Shown here piece after piece: positions 17,916 through 26,585 of a stretch of 32,000 nt of DNA. The notes under the pieces were generated by a model, which was not told where the DNA came from, made no database searches, and saw nothing but the letters and a program-made list of their open reading frames with translations. The DNA comes from Candidatus Saccharimonadota bacterium (lineage in GTDB: Archaea > Nanobdellota > Nanobdellia > Pacearchaeales > GW2011-AR1): assembly GCA_017609205.1 (NCBI GenBank), contig JAFCEL010000001.1, forward strand, positions 450,001-482,000, given 5' to 3'. Numbering within the stretch: position 1 is the stretch's first letter; each line of letters opens with the position of its first letter. The position numbers and the translations under genes are program-made.

Positions 17916-20380
17916 TTAAGCCACTTTCCTAAATTTTCTTGTTTTTTTCCTTCTATGATTTCCCTTATATCGATTCTAAAAATCTGGAAGATGTTTTCAA
18001 CTGCAGGAAGGATTTGTCTTTTTAGATAATAATCTATATCATATTCTCCTTTTTCATTTGGAAGTTTAACTTTTTCGCGCACAAGTTTTTTCTTTTCTTT
18101 TGTTTCAGCTATGTAATATTCAATGAGGTTTCCTTGGCCAATTGGGATTTTTTTCTCCTGCATTTTTTTTGCTGCAATTACATGGGGAGAAATTGCAATA
18201 TACTCAGAGATAGGCTTTTTCAATTGCGTTCGGATAATGAGTTCTTTTTTTTCAATTTTTCTTTCTTTTAGTTTTTTGATAATCTTCTTTAAATATTCCA
18301 ATGCTCTCTTTTCTTCGCCATGTTCTAAGATTTGTTTAATTATTTTGTTCTGCAAGTCCCTTGAAAGTTTGCACCAATCACGGCGGACTGTTTCAAAACC
18401 ACGGATTTTTAATTTCCCTTTGTCGTCGATAAGAGCATACTTTTTTTTAGCTCCACTAATTCCTGCACGTGTCGTCACCCAAAGTCCGCGCTTGTAGAAA
18501 TCTTCAAGTTCAAGATGCATAATTCCTGGAAGTTCAGAGTTAAGTTTATTGAGCAGTTTTTTAATCTCTTGTTTTGATTTCCCTCCCCTTAAGAAAGCAA
18601 TTGAATCTGTATCGCCATAGATAACTTCATAACCTTTTGATTTAATTTTTTCTATTGTTTCTTTATTGAATTTTCTAACTAAGGCAAGAATAGAGGCAGA
18701 AGATTCTATAGAGTAATATCTTGCTCCAAAAAAACCAATATATCCATGCACTGATGCTGATAAAATCTTGAAGGCATTGCTCCTTGCTTTTGTAATAGGA
18801 TTAGGATTTTTTTTGAATTCTGCTTTGAATTTTTTTCTCATTTCAAAGATTTCGTTTAATAATTCAGGAAGAAATCCTCTTTCTTTTGAGAAATAGAATT
18901 TATGCTTTTTTCCATTTAATGTTATTTCAGGAGATTCAAAACAGTTCTTTTCTTTTTTTTCAAGTAAGGTTCCTTTTGAAATATTATGTGTAATTATTAT
19001 GCTCGTATGCATGGATGTGAAGTCAAACATTACTATGTCCTCGTAAAGTCCGGGTGTCGGTTCAAAAACAAACGCTCCTTTTACACTCTCACTTTTTTTT
19101 CTTTCAGAAATTTCGTTATATGTTGGTCTTTTTTCAGGGATTTCATTAAATCTTTCTAAATTATGTAAAATGTATGATTCGACTTGCTTTGATAATCCAT
19201 AACGGGAAATATCAAATACTGGTTCCTGAATGATTTTTGTAAATTCTTGCAAATCAGGCCAGAATTTTTTAAACAATTTTTCGACAAGTACTGAATCTTG
19301 TAGATTGTATTCATAATAATCACTCCAGTTTTCTCCAATTTCTGAAGAGTGTTTTATCTTAAATTCTTTTTTTGAATCGTCTAAAAATTCTTTTGCAACT
19401 TCATCGAGGGATAATGTTTCTGATTGCATATATTGTGAATATATTGTTCTGATAAATCTTAATAAATCGATATGAACTATGCCTTTGATTTTTCCTGTTA
19501 GCATATTTCCGCGGGAGAATTTTGGAGGACTCCCGTCGATGCCAAGTTTAAGTTTAACTTTATGTTTTTCTGCTCTCGCTTTGAGATAAGGCAAATCAAA
19601 TCCGTCAGAGAAATAACCCACGAGGAAATCCGGAGAAATTTTTTTTACATATTCACAGAATTTTTCCAATAATTCAGCTTCGTCTTTAACGTATTCAACA
19701 TAATGTGGTTTTTTTGAACTCTTCTTCCAAGTAATTACTTTTTGAAATCTCTCTCCTACGAGGGAAATCATTAAAATTTCTCCTTCACCAATCTTTAAGG
19801 AATCGGTTTCGATATCATATGCCAGAACTTTTGGTTTGAAGGACCTTCTGATTTTTTTGGCATCTTTTAGTTTTATGCATATATCGACTTCAAGAGAAGA
19901 GTCAATTCCTCCGAATTCTAGGGAGTTGTTTAGCATATCTCCTTCAATTTCGTACCACTGGAGTGGAAGAATTTTTCTCTCAATTATATAATGGGTTATA
20001 TAACCGATGTCATATCCTCTTCTTTTTTCAATCTCTTTAAAGCCCAGTCTATCAGCTATATCGTGTAAATCTTTATAGTTAGTTGCAAAAATTTTTAATG
20101 CTTTTACTTCTTTTCCTAAGAATTTTTTAGTATGTAATTCAACTTTCTCAACTTTTGTTTTGCGTCCTTTTGAGTTTAACTCTATTTTGTTTATTTTTTC
20201 TATAATCTTGTTTATCTTTTGTTTTGATAACTCTTTTTTTAGAATCGCCCAAAGATAGACTTCACACGAATCAATAACGCAAACGCTTTTCCCTTTGTCG
20301 TCGCGACCAATTATTTTCGCATAATTTCTCCCTTGAAAATCAAAATAATCATAATCCACTGGGATGAATTTAGTTTTCAT
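17912..20380 (-). CDS. polB: Family-B DNA polymerase with divergent motifs A and B
   Basis: Exo I AYDIETDS, Exo II GYFSDGFDLPYL, Exo III YEYNLQDS. Motif A DFTSMHTSIIITHN (nt 18995-19024), motif B KILSASVHGY (18740-18769), motif C YGDTDS (18602-18619), KKKYA motif. C-terminal PIP-like QENLGKWL (17918-17941). No intein-sized insertion. Confidence 0.92.
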   Translation of the reverse strand: MKTKFIPVDYDYFDFQGRNYAKIIGRDDKGKSVCVIDSCEVYLWAILKKELSKQKINKIIEKINKIELNSKGRKTKVEKVELHTKKFLGKEVKALKIFATNYKDLHDIADRLGFKEIEKRRGYDIGYITHYIIERKILPLQWYEIEGDMLNNSLEFGGIDSSLEVDICIKLKDAKKIRRSFKPKVLAYDIETDSLKIGEGEILMISLVGERFQKVITWKKSSKKPHYVEYVKDEAELLEKFCEYVKKISPDFLVGYFSDGFDLPYLKARAEKHKVKLKLGIDGSPPKFSRGNMLTGKIKGIVHIDLLRFIRTIYSQYMQSETLSLDEVAKEFLDDSKKEFKIKHSSEIGENWSDYYEYNLQDSVLVEKLFKKFWPDLQEFTKIIQEPVFDISRYGLSKQVESYILHNLERFNEIPEKRPTYNEISERKKSESVKGAFVFEPTPGLYEDIVMFDFTSMHTSIIITHNISKGTLLEKKEKNCFESPEITLNGKKHKFYFSKERGFLPELLNEIFEMRKKFKAEFKKNPNPITKARSNAFKILSASVHGYIGFFGARYYSIESSASILALVRKFNKETIEKIKSKGYEVIYGDTDSIAFLRGGKSKQEIKKLLNKLNSELPGIMHLELEDFYKRGLWVTTRAGISGAKKKYALIDDKGKLKIRGFETVRRDWCKLSRDLQNKIIKQILEHGEEKRALEYLKKIIKKLKERKIEKKELIIRTQLKKPISEYIAISPHVIAAKKMQEKKIPIGQGNLIEYYIAETKEKKKLVREKVKLPNEKGEYDIDYYLKRQILPAVENIFQIFRIDIREIIEGKKQENLGKWLK

Positions 20381-20432
20381 AAAGAAGATAGTTATTTCAG
20401 TTATTTAAAATTTAGTAATTTGAAATAGTAAA

Positions 20433-20443
20433 CTTTATATATT
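20433..20443 (+). promoter_or_regulatory. Candidate TATA box CTTTATATATT, about 25 nt upstream of the ATG at 20463
   Basis: TATA-like element in the polB-divergent spacer. A GGGG(T) SD-like run also lies 7-12 nt before the ATG, so the leader status is ambiguous. Confidence 0.3.
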
Positions 20444-20462
20444 ACTCTGAAGGGGTAAATAT

Positions 20463-20870
20463 ATGAGAGAAAAATATATTCCCTCTGGAGAAGGTTATTG
20501 GTATATTGCAGGAGATCCATCTAAAGGATTTTATGGGCTTCCTTCTGAGGTAGAAAAGGAAAGAGAGGGAAAATGGAAGGAAAGATTCTTTTTAGAGGAG
20601 GCAGAAAGAAAAGGAAGGGTTGTTAAAGCATTGAAGTTAATTCGAGAATCTGGTGCAAGAGATATTTGTTATAAAGTTTCTTTTTTAGAGAGATTGGGGT
20701 TTAGTAAGATTAATGTCAGAAACAGCAGGATAAGTCTTAGAGAAGCTGTTAATTCTTATCCTCAGAATATTAATAGAATGTATGAAAGAGTTATTAGAGA
20801 ATTAAGGGAAATTGTTAGAAATCCTAGTAGAAATTCCAAGTTAGCTGAGAGATTAGATTCTTTCCAATAA
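20463..20870 (+). CDS. Hypothetical protein (135 aa), divergent from polB and 30 nt upstream of the fen ATG
   Basis: Clean ATG ORF with basic/helical composition. No motif recognised. Confidence 0.5.
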   Translation: MREKYIPSGEGYWYIAGDPSKGFYGLPSEVEKEREGKWKERFFLEEAERKGRVVKALKLIRESGARDICYKVSFLERLGFSKINVRNSRISLREAVNSYPQNINRMYERVIRELREIVRNPSRNSKLAERLDSFQ

Positions 20871-20880
20871 TTATTTATAC
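20871..20880 (+). promoter_or_regulatory. Candidate TATA box TTATTTATAC, about 25 nt upstream of the fen ATG (20901)
   Basis: Spacing is the same as for the other candidates. Confidence 0.3.
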
Positions 20881-20900
20881 TTCTTTGTCCTCGGTATTTG

Positions 20901-21941
20901 ATGGGTTTGAATATTAGCGAGATAATTCCTAGAAAGGAAATAGCAATATCTGATTTGAAAGGAAAAGTAATTTGTGTAGATGCTTTTAACACTTTTTATC
21001 AGTTTCTTTCTACAATTCGTCAACCAGATGGGACACCTCTTAAAGATAGTCGAAATAGGGTTACGAGCCATCTTTCTGGTATTTTTTATCGAAATATTAA
21101 TTTATTAAGCGAAGGTTTGAAATTAGTTTATGTTCTTGATGGAGAAGCTCCTGCACTTAAGGCAAAGACTCATAAGAAGAGACAAGATGTTAGAGAATCT
21201 GCAGAAGAAAAATACCTTGAGGCTAGGCAGCGTGAAGATATTACCCTGATGAAAAGATATAGCAGTCAATTATTAAGGCTTGATGATGAGATGATTAAAG
21301 AAAGCAAGGAGCTTTTGAGAGCAATGGGGATTCCAGTTATTCAAGCTCCGAGTGAGGGAGAAGCAGAAGCAGCTTATCTTTGTAGAATAAAAGAAGATGT
21401 TTATGCAAGTGCAAGCCAAGATTACGATAGTTTATTGTTTGGTGCTCAGAGGTTGGTTAGGAATCTTACTTTGTCCCGACGGAGAAAGACTTATTCGGGA
21501 TTTGTTGAAACAAAGCCTGAATTGATTGAACTTGAGAAGGTTTTGAATTATCTTGAAATAAATCTTGACCAGCTTATTTGCCTTGGAATTCTTGTGGGAA
21601 CTGATTATAATCCAAGGGGAATTCCTGGGATAGGTCCGAAAAAGGCACTCGATCTGGTAAAGAAATACAAACAACCTGTTTTTATTTTTAAAAATGTTGA
21701 GGAACAACTTATGAATCTTCCAGAGGAAGATCAGTTTGATTGGAAGGAAATTTTTGAAATTTTTCATAGTCCAGATGTTTCTGATGAAGAATTTGAGTTT
21801 GGAAAGATAGATGAGGATAAGATAAGGAAAATTCTGGTTGAGGAGCATGATTTTTCAAAGGAGCGGGTTGAAAAGCAGATAAAACGCCTTATAGGGGTAA
21901 AAGAGTTATCAAAACAAAAGGATCTTAAGAAATGGTTTTGA
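20901..21941 (+). CDS. fen: Flap endonuclease 1
   Basis: The track start (20898) is a TTG; the ATG at 20901 gives MGLNISEIIP... XPG-N (VCVDAFNTFYQFL), XPG-I (QAPSEGEAEAA), H3TH (GTDYNP.GIPGIGPKKA). C-terminal PIP box QKDLKKWF (21915-21938). Confidence 0.92.
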   Translation: MGLNISEIIPRKEIAISDLKGKVICVDAFNTFYQFLSTIRQPDGTPLKDSRNRVTSHLSGIFYRNINLLSEGLKLVYVLDGEAPALKAKTHKKRQDVRESAEEKYLEARQREDITLMKRYSSQLLRLDDEMIKESKELLRAMGIPVIQAPSEGEAEAAYLCRIKEDVYASASQDYDSLLFGAQRLVRNLTLSRRRKTYSGFVETKPELIELEKVLNYLEINLDQLICLGILVGTDYNPRGIPGIGPKKALDLVKKYKQPVFIFKNVEEQLMNLPEEDQFDWKEIFEIFHSPDVSDEEFEFGKIDEDKIRKILVEEHDFSKERVEKQIKRLIGVKELSKQKDLKKWF

Positions 21942-21950
21942 TTGAAAAGA

Positions 21951-21960
21951 TTTTAAATGT
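21951..21960 (+). promoter_or_regulatory. Candidate TATA box TTTTAAATGT, about 24 nt upstream of the Trm5 ATG (21979)
   Basis: Motif and spacing recur. Confidence 0.3.
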
Positions 21961-21978
21961 TTCTTGTTTTTAATTGTT

Positions 21979-22758
21979 ATGAAGCCCCCGAAATCTTTTG
22001 ATTTTCTAGGAAATATTGCTATTATTAAATTTCCAAGGGATTTCAAACAATCTGAGAAAAAGAAATATGCTCGGGAATTGATGGGTCGGAATAAATCGAT
22101 GAAAACAGTTCTTGAAAAAGAAGGGAAGATTAAAGGACGTTTGAGAAAACCTACAACGAAATGGCTTGCAGGAGAAAAAACAAAAGAGGTTTTATACAGA
22201 GAAAATAATTGTGTTTTTAGGTTTAATGTTGATACAACTTATTTCTCTCCTAGGTTAAGTAATGAAAGAAAAGAAATCGCTTCTAAAATAAAAAAAGGCG
22301 AAAAGGTCTTGGTTATGTTTGCAGGTGTTGCCCCTTTTCCTATTGTTATTGCTAAGAATTCTAAGGCAGGGAAAATTTATGCGAATGAAATTAATCGAGG
22401 AGCAAATAAATATGCTAAATTAAATATTGAGTTAAATAAACTTGGTGATAAGATTATATTGATTCCAGGGGATATAAAAAAAGTTGTTGATAGGTTGGAT
22501 GAGAAATTTGATGTTATTGTTATGCCCCGTCCTCAATTAAAAGATCCTTTCTTAGAACAGGCATTCAAACTTTCAAAAAAAGGAACAAGAGTTTTTTATT
22601 ATGATTTCTCTGGGGTTGATGAGATTGGAAATGTTGTTGAGAAGATTAAAAGGGAAGCCTTATGTGCGGGAAAGAGAATTAAAATTTTAAAGATAAAAAA
22701 GGCTGGTGAGATTGCTCCTTATAAAATTAGGGTAAGAGTTGATTTTAAGGTTTTATGA
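21979..22758 (+). CDS. Met-10+/Trm5-like SAM-dependent tRNA methyltransferase (Trm5/Taw2 family)
   Basis: The track start (21964) is a TTG; the ATG is at 21979 ([18 protein letters not shown]...). FSPRL motif, Gly-rich SAM loop [21 protein letters not shown]. Confidence 0.75.
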   Translation: MKPPKSFDFLGNIAIIKFPRDFKQSEKKKYARELMGRNKSMKTVLEKEGKIKGRLRKPTTKWLAGEKTKEVLYRENNCVFRFNVDTTYFSPRLSNERKEIASKIKKGEKVLVMFAGVAPFPIVIAKNSKAGKIYANEINRGANKYAKLNIELNKLGDKIILIPGDIKKVVDRLDEKFDVIVMPRPQLKDPFLEQAFKLSKKGTRVFYYDFSGVDEIGNVVEKIKREALCAGKRIKILKIKKAGEIAPYKIRVRVDFKVL

Positions 22759-22950
22759 TAATAGGTGATCCCTGCTTTCTTGAGAATTTAATATTTTTCC
22801 TTTTGTTCTGCAAATTGGCAGTTCTTCTAATTCCCATCTTATTATATATTTATTTTCATAAGGACAATCTTTTCTACAGATTAATAGTCCCTCTCTATCT
22901 ATTCTTACTTTCCCACTAATGTATTCTTTGCAATAAATCTCTTTACCCAT
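22753..22950 (-). CDS. Small 4-Cys hypothetical protein (65 aa), 10 nt downstream of the HerA-like ATPase
   Basis: ATG ORF with four Cys (positions 7, 25, 29, 47) and no classical CxxC pairs. The 3' end overlaps the convergent Trm5 stop by 6 nt. Coding status is uncertain. Confidence 0.35.
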   Translation of the reverse strand: MGKEIYCKEYISGKVRIDREGLLICRKDCPYENKYIIRWELEELPICRTKGKILNSQESRDHLLS

Positions 22951-22960
22951 GAATTATTTC

Positions 22961-24265
22961 TTAAAATTCTTTTTTAAAGCTTACTGCACTTGGAGCCTCT
23001 CCACCATGCCATGTAAATCGCGGACGAATTTGCACAGGATATATCCTTTCTGAATTGTCATCGAGGATTATTGCAGATCCTTTAGAATGCGGGAGTTCAT
23101 CCATGTATTTTTTTATACTGTCGAGGAGATAGCTTTGCATAATATAGCTAAGAGCTTCTAAGTCTGGTTTTGATGTAACCCGGTGGGAAATTACTAAGTC
23201 AGATTGAGTCATGACATCTCTATGAATTTGTCCTGGTTGTTGAGTTGCAAGAACAAGAGAAATTCCTGGTTGTCTTCCTTCTCTCAGCAATTGAATGAGT
23301 GCGTCTGTTGCAGGAGTTTTTTGGTTAAGGGGAAGGAATTCATGTGCTTCATCTATAAATAGCCAGACAAGAGGATTTTCTTTTTTTTCAGAAGAATAAG
23401 TGTAATCTAATCCTCTCGAGACAGATTGGATCTCTTCTTTTTTTCTTGCTTCCATTCGCTGATTAAAGATTCTTCTTGAGACAAGGCTTATAACAAGTGC
23501 GCGGACATTAAATGCTCCTATAGAATTATAGACACTTAAGTCAAGAACTGTTGTTGTTCCTGCATTTATTAAATCCTTTACTTCTGTTGGTTTTTGCTCT
23601 TGTCCCGCAAATATGCCCCATGTATCTGCTGCTTCAAAGAGTCCTATTGCCGCATCTTTACTTTCTTGAGGTGCTCTTGAGTCTTCGTCGATTTTTCTGA
23701 TAATCTCTTTTATTGTAAATTTCCCTTCTTCTTTTAACTTAGATATTATTCTTTCTATTAGAACTGAAACAGAGTCTATTCTGCCTAAACCAAATGTTAT
23801 TATCCAGTCTTCAGGGTCTAATTCAGTTACGTCTAATGCGAACTTTTCCTCTACTGAAATACCTTTTTCTATATACTTCTCAAAATGCCCAAAAGGGACA
23901 AAAACTTTTATTGGGAGATTTTTTGATTCAAGATTCCAGTTTTGTAATAAATCTTTATCCTTTTCATTTGGGAATTTCATTGTCCAATAGATTCCCATTG
24001 TATCAAATATCAAAGAAGCGATATTCTGGCTGACCTCTTTTGGAAGACTTGATATTCCTTCTGTGAGAACTCCAAGTGTATATGATTTTCCAGAACCTCT
24101 TTTTCCTGCAACGAGGATTACATGACTTTTTGCAACATCGACAAATATCTTATTACTTAAGGAAGTATGCTGCCCCATTTTTACATAACTTTTTCCTATA
24201 AAAACAGCACCCTCTTTTATTTTTTCTCTTGGTTTGTCTCTTCCAATAATTATATCATAACTCAT
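22961..24265 (-). CDS. HerA/FtsK-superfamily ATPase (DUF87-like)
   Basis: 434 aa. Walker A VAGKRGSGKSYT, Walker B LVWLFIDEAHEF, ATQQPG (sensor/arginine-finger region), C-terminal RFTWHGGE tail reminiscent of HerA-type proteins. Confidence 0.8.
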   Translation of the reverse strand: MSYDIIIGRDKPREKIKEGAVFIGKSYVKMGQHTSLSNKIFVDVAKSHVILVAGKRGSGKSYTLGVLTEGISSLPKEVSQNIASLIFDTMGIYWTMKFPNEKDKDLLQNWNLESKNLPIKVFVPFGHFEKYIEKGISVEEKFALDVTELDPEDWIITFGLGRIDSVSVLIERIISKLKEEGKFTIKEIIRKIDEDSRAPQESKDAAIGLFEAADTWGIFAGQEQKPTEVKDLINAGTTTVLDLSVYNSIGAFNVRALVISLVSRRIFNQRMEARKKEEIQSVSRGLDYTYSSEKKENPLVWLFIDEAHEFLPLNQKTPATDALIQLLREGRQPGISLVLATQQPGQIHRDVMTQSDLVISHRVTSKPDLEALSYIMQSYLLDSIKKYMDELPHSKGSAIILDDNSERIYPVQIRPRFTWHGGEAPSAVSFKKEF

Positions 24266-24311
24266 TAAAGAATATATTGAATAATATTTTTAATTGTTTG
24301 TATACAAAAGG

Positions 24312-24320
24312 TTTTTAAAA
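24312..24320 (+). promoter_or_regulatory. Candidate TATA box TTTTTAAAA, about 25 nt upstream of the ATG at 24341
   Basis: Motif and spacing recur. Confidence 0.3.
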
Positions 24321-24340
24321 TGATTCTTCTATAATTCTTA

Positions 24341-25315
24341 ATGGCTGAGGAAAATGAAGAGAAGTCTTCTAACGAGAATACAGGGAGTCTTGATGATTCT
24401 GAAAGAGGATTTTTAGATATGGTTAGGGAGAACCCTTTTATTGCTGCAACTATTATTCTGGGTTTGGTTGTGTTTATTTTGATGTTTAATGTCTTTATTG
24501 GCACTGGAGGAGTGATTAGTGGAAATGTTGTTTCTGAGGGTAAGGTTACTGATAATCTTAATGATTTTATAATGGCTCAAACAGGGGGGCAAGCAGAGAT
24601 TGTTCGAGTGGATGATTTTAATGATCATCTTTATGAAGCTATTATAAAATTTCAGGGAAGAGAGATACCTCTTTATGTGACTAAGGATGGAGAGTATCTT
24701 GTTCAAGGTTTGACTGCTCTAAGTGTTCAAGAAGAAGATTCTTCATCACAGGATGTTCCTAAATCAGATAAGCCTGTTATTGAGTTATTTGTTATGACTC
24801 ACTGCCCTTATGGAACCCAAGCTGAAAAAGGATTAATTCCAGTAATCAAAGCATTAGGAGACAAAATTGATGCTAAAATAAGATTTGTCCATTATTTTAT
24901 GCACGAACCTGAAGAGAATGAAACACCTAGACAAGTATGTATTAGGGAAGAGCAATCAGAAAAATATCTTGATTATTTAGAATGCTTTTTAGAGGACGGT
25001 GATTCAGCAAGGTGTATAATTAAGACAGGAATTGATCAGAACAAGTTAACAACTTGTATTAATACTAATGCAGATAGGTATTATGAAGAAGATTCTCAAT
25101 TAAGCAAAGGTTATGGGGTAAGAGGAAGCCCGACACTTGTTATTAATGGGCAGATAACAAGTAGTGGAAGAGATTCTCAAAGTTTCCTTAACACAATTTG
25201 TTCTGCATTTAATGAATCTCCTGAAGAATGCGGATTAAAATTGTCAAGTTCCTCACCATCTCCAGGATTTGGTTATTCTACAACTGGTTCTTCAACTAGT
25301 GCTCAGTGTGGATAA
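24341..25315 (+). CDS. Membrane-anchored thioredoxin-fold (DsbA/DsbC-like) protein with a monothiol CPYG site
   Basis: Acidic N-terminus, one TM (FIAATIILGLVVFILMFNVFIG), DsbC-like N-terminal module (LYEAIIKFQGREIPLYVTKDGEYLVQG). Active-site position reads HCPYG (nt 24803-24814); cis-Pro loop VRGSPTLVING. Several further Cys and a Ser-rich tail. Confidence 0.7.
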   Translation: MAEENEEKSSNENTGSLDDSERGFLDMVRENPFIAATIILGLVVFILMFNVFIGTGGVISGNVVSEGKVTDNLNDFIMAQTGGQAEIVRVDDFNDHLYEAIIKFQGREIPLYVTKDGEYLVQGLTALSVQEEDSSSQDVPKSDKPVIELFVMTHCPYGTQAEKGLIPVIKALGDKIDAKIRFVHYFMHEPEENETPRQVCIREEQSEKYLDYLECFLEDGDSARCIIKTGIDQNKLTTCINTNADRYYEEDSQLSKGYGVRGSPTLVINGQITSSGRDSQSFLNTICSAFNESPEECGLKLSSSSPSPGFGYSTTGSSTSAQCG

Positions 25316-25328
25316 ACTTTATAGATAA

Positions 25329-26519
25329 TTATCTTTTTTCTAGATACTCAATTTCTTCTTCATTTAATTTGAGTTCTCTTTGAATTTTTGGATTTGATTT
25401 TATGATGGTCCTTATTATTGGAAATTCTCTCATTGCACGCTTTTCACCAATATGGACATATCTTGCATATTTTTGGGCGATTGATTTTTGCTTTGCTTTT
25501 TTTTGGTTACTTAGCCATATCTTGAGGATTCTATCTGGTTTTTTGTATCTAATGAAATTTTTGTTTGGTTCTTTTTTTGATGCAGAAATTGCGTAGCTCA
25601 GAAAAATATTCTGGTAGACGAGGAATCTCCAGTATTGTTTTTTATAAATTCGTCCTTTGAATAAATCTGCTTTGCTTAATGCAGAATATGCTTTAAAGAG
25701 AGCCTCGCCATGATATTCTTTTGAAATATTTTCTTCAATCCATAACGAGACTTCATCGAGGGGCATGTCGACTGAATTGTATAAATTAAGTATTTCTTTT
25801 GTAGGAGATTCTTTGAAAATTTTTTTTAATGCATTGAAGATATCAATTTCTTTCTCTCTTTCTGTTAATTCTAGAACTGATGGATCGCGCATTCTTGCTA
25901 CTGATTGTAAATCATTTATTGCTGCACGAATATCTCCTTTTGCACGGAATGCAATACTTTGTAAAAGGTTGTAATTCAGAAATAGGTTTTCTTTTCTTAA
26001 TATTTCAGTCATTATTTCGACTATTGTTTTTGGGGTTATTTTTCCAAGTCCAATCATTTCTGCTTTTTTTCTAAGAGGTGCAAGTTTTTTGCTCCATGCA
26101 TCATTTGCGGTGATTATTATTGGGTAAGAAGCAATTTCAATAAGTCGCAAAAGCTCTTTGATTCCTCCAAAGTCATAATAACCGCTTATCCCATCTGCCT
26201 CGTCAATTAAAATTACTTTCTCTTCTTTTTTTAATGATTGTTGTTGCACTGCTGGTTTTAGAATCTCCTGCAGTTTTGCTTTATTTCTAAAATCAGAAGC
26301 ATTTAGTTCAAACATTTCTGAGTTTGTTTCATTTGCAATAATATGTGCGAGAGTTGTTTTTCCTGTTCCAGCAGGGCCATAGAGCATAATTGCTTTTTTT
26401 CTTCTTTTATTCTTTTTATCTGCGAAATTACGAAGGAAAAGTAGGACTTTTCTAAGTGCTTCTTCCTGTCCTTTAAATTCTGAAAATCTTTTTGGCCTAT
26501 ATTTTTCTGTCCACGGCAT
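25329..26519 (-). CDS. rfcL: Replication factor C, large subunit
   Basis: MPWTEKYRP N-terminus, Walker A GPAGTGKTT, Walker B ILIDEADG. 396 aa with a basic C-terminal extension. Confidence 0.88.
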   Translation of the reverse strand: MPWTEKYRPKRFSEFKGQEEALRKVLLFLRNFADKKNKRRKKAIMLYGPAGTGKTTLAHIIANETNSEMFELNASDFRNKAKLQEILKPAVQQQSLKKEEKVILIDEADGISGYYDFGGIKELLRLIEIASYPIIITANDAWSKKLAPLRKKAEMIGLGKITPKTIVEIMTEILRKENLFLNYNLLQSIAFRAKGDIRAAINDLQSVARMRDPSVLELTEREKEIDIFNALKKIFKESPTKEILNLYNSVDMPLDEVSLWIEENISKEYHGEALFKAYSALSKADLFKGRIYKKQYWRFLVYQNIFLSYAISASKKEPNKNFIRYKKPDRILKIWLSNQKKAKQKSIAQKYARYVHIGEKRAMREFPIIRTIIKSNPKIQRELKLNEEEIEYLEKR

Positions 26520-26585
26520 TTGATTTATTCTCCTAATTTTATAGGTAATTTCTATGATTGTATGGTAAAATTCTAATTTTATTTT

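Noticed and set aside
12565-20380. Inteins in Cdc48, PolB or the RFC subunits
   Set aside because: Protein lengths are canonical and the motifs are contiguous. No Cys/Ser...HN-Cys/Ser/Thr splice junction blocks or homing-endonuclease motifs were seen.
24265-24706. Minus-strand ORFs 24265..24504 (79 aa) and 24413..24706 (97 aa)
   Set aside because: They overlap the promoter and 5' part of the thioredoxin-fold gene on the other strand. They are low-complexity I/K/N/S-rich shadow ORFs.
25246-25315. PGF-CTERM archaeosortase signal in the thioredoxin-fold protein (tail ...SSSSPSPGFGYSTTGSSTSAQCG)
   Set aside because: A Ser-rich linker and PGF are present. However, there is no hydrophobic transmembrane helix or basic tail after it, so it is not a PGF-CTERM sorting signal.
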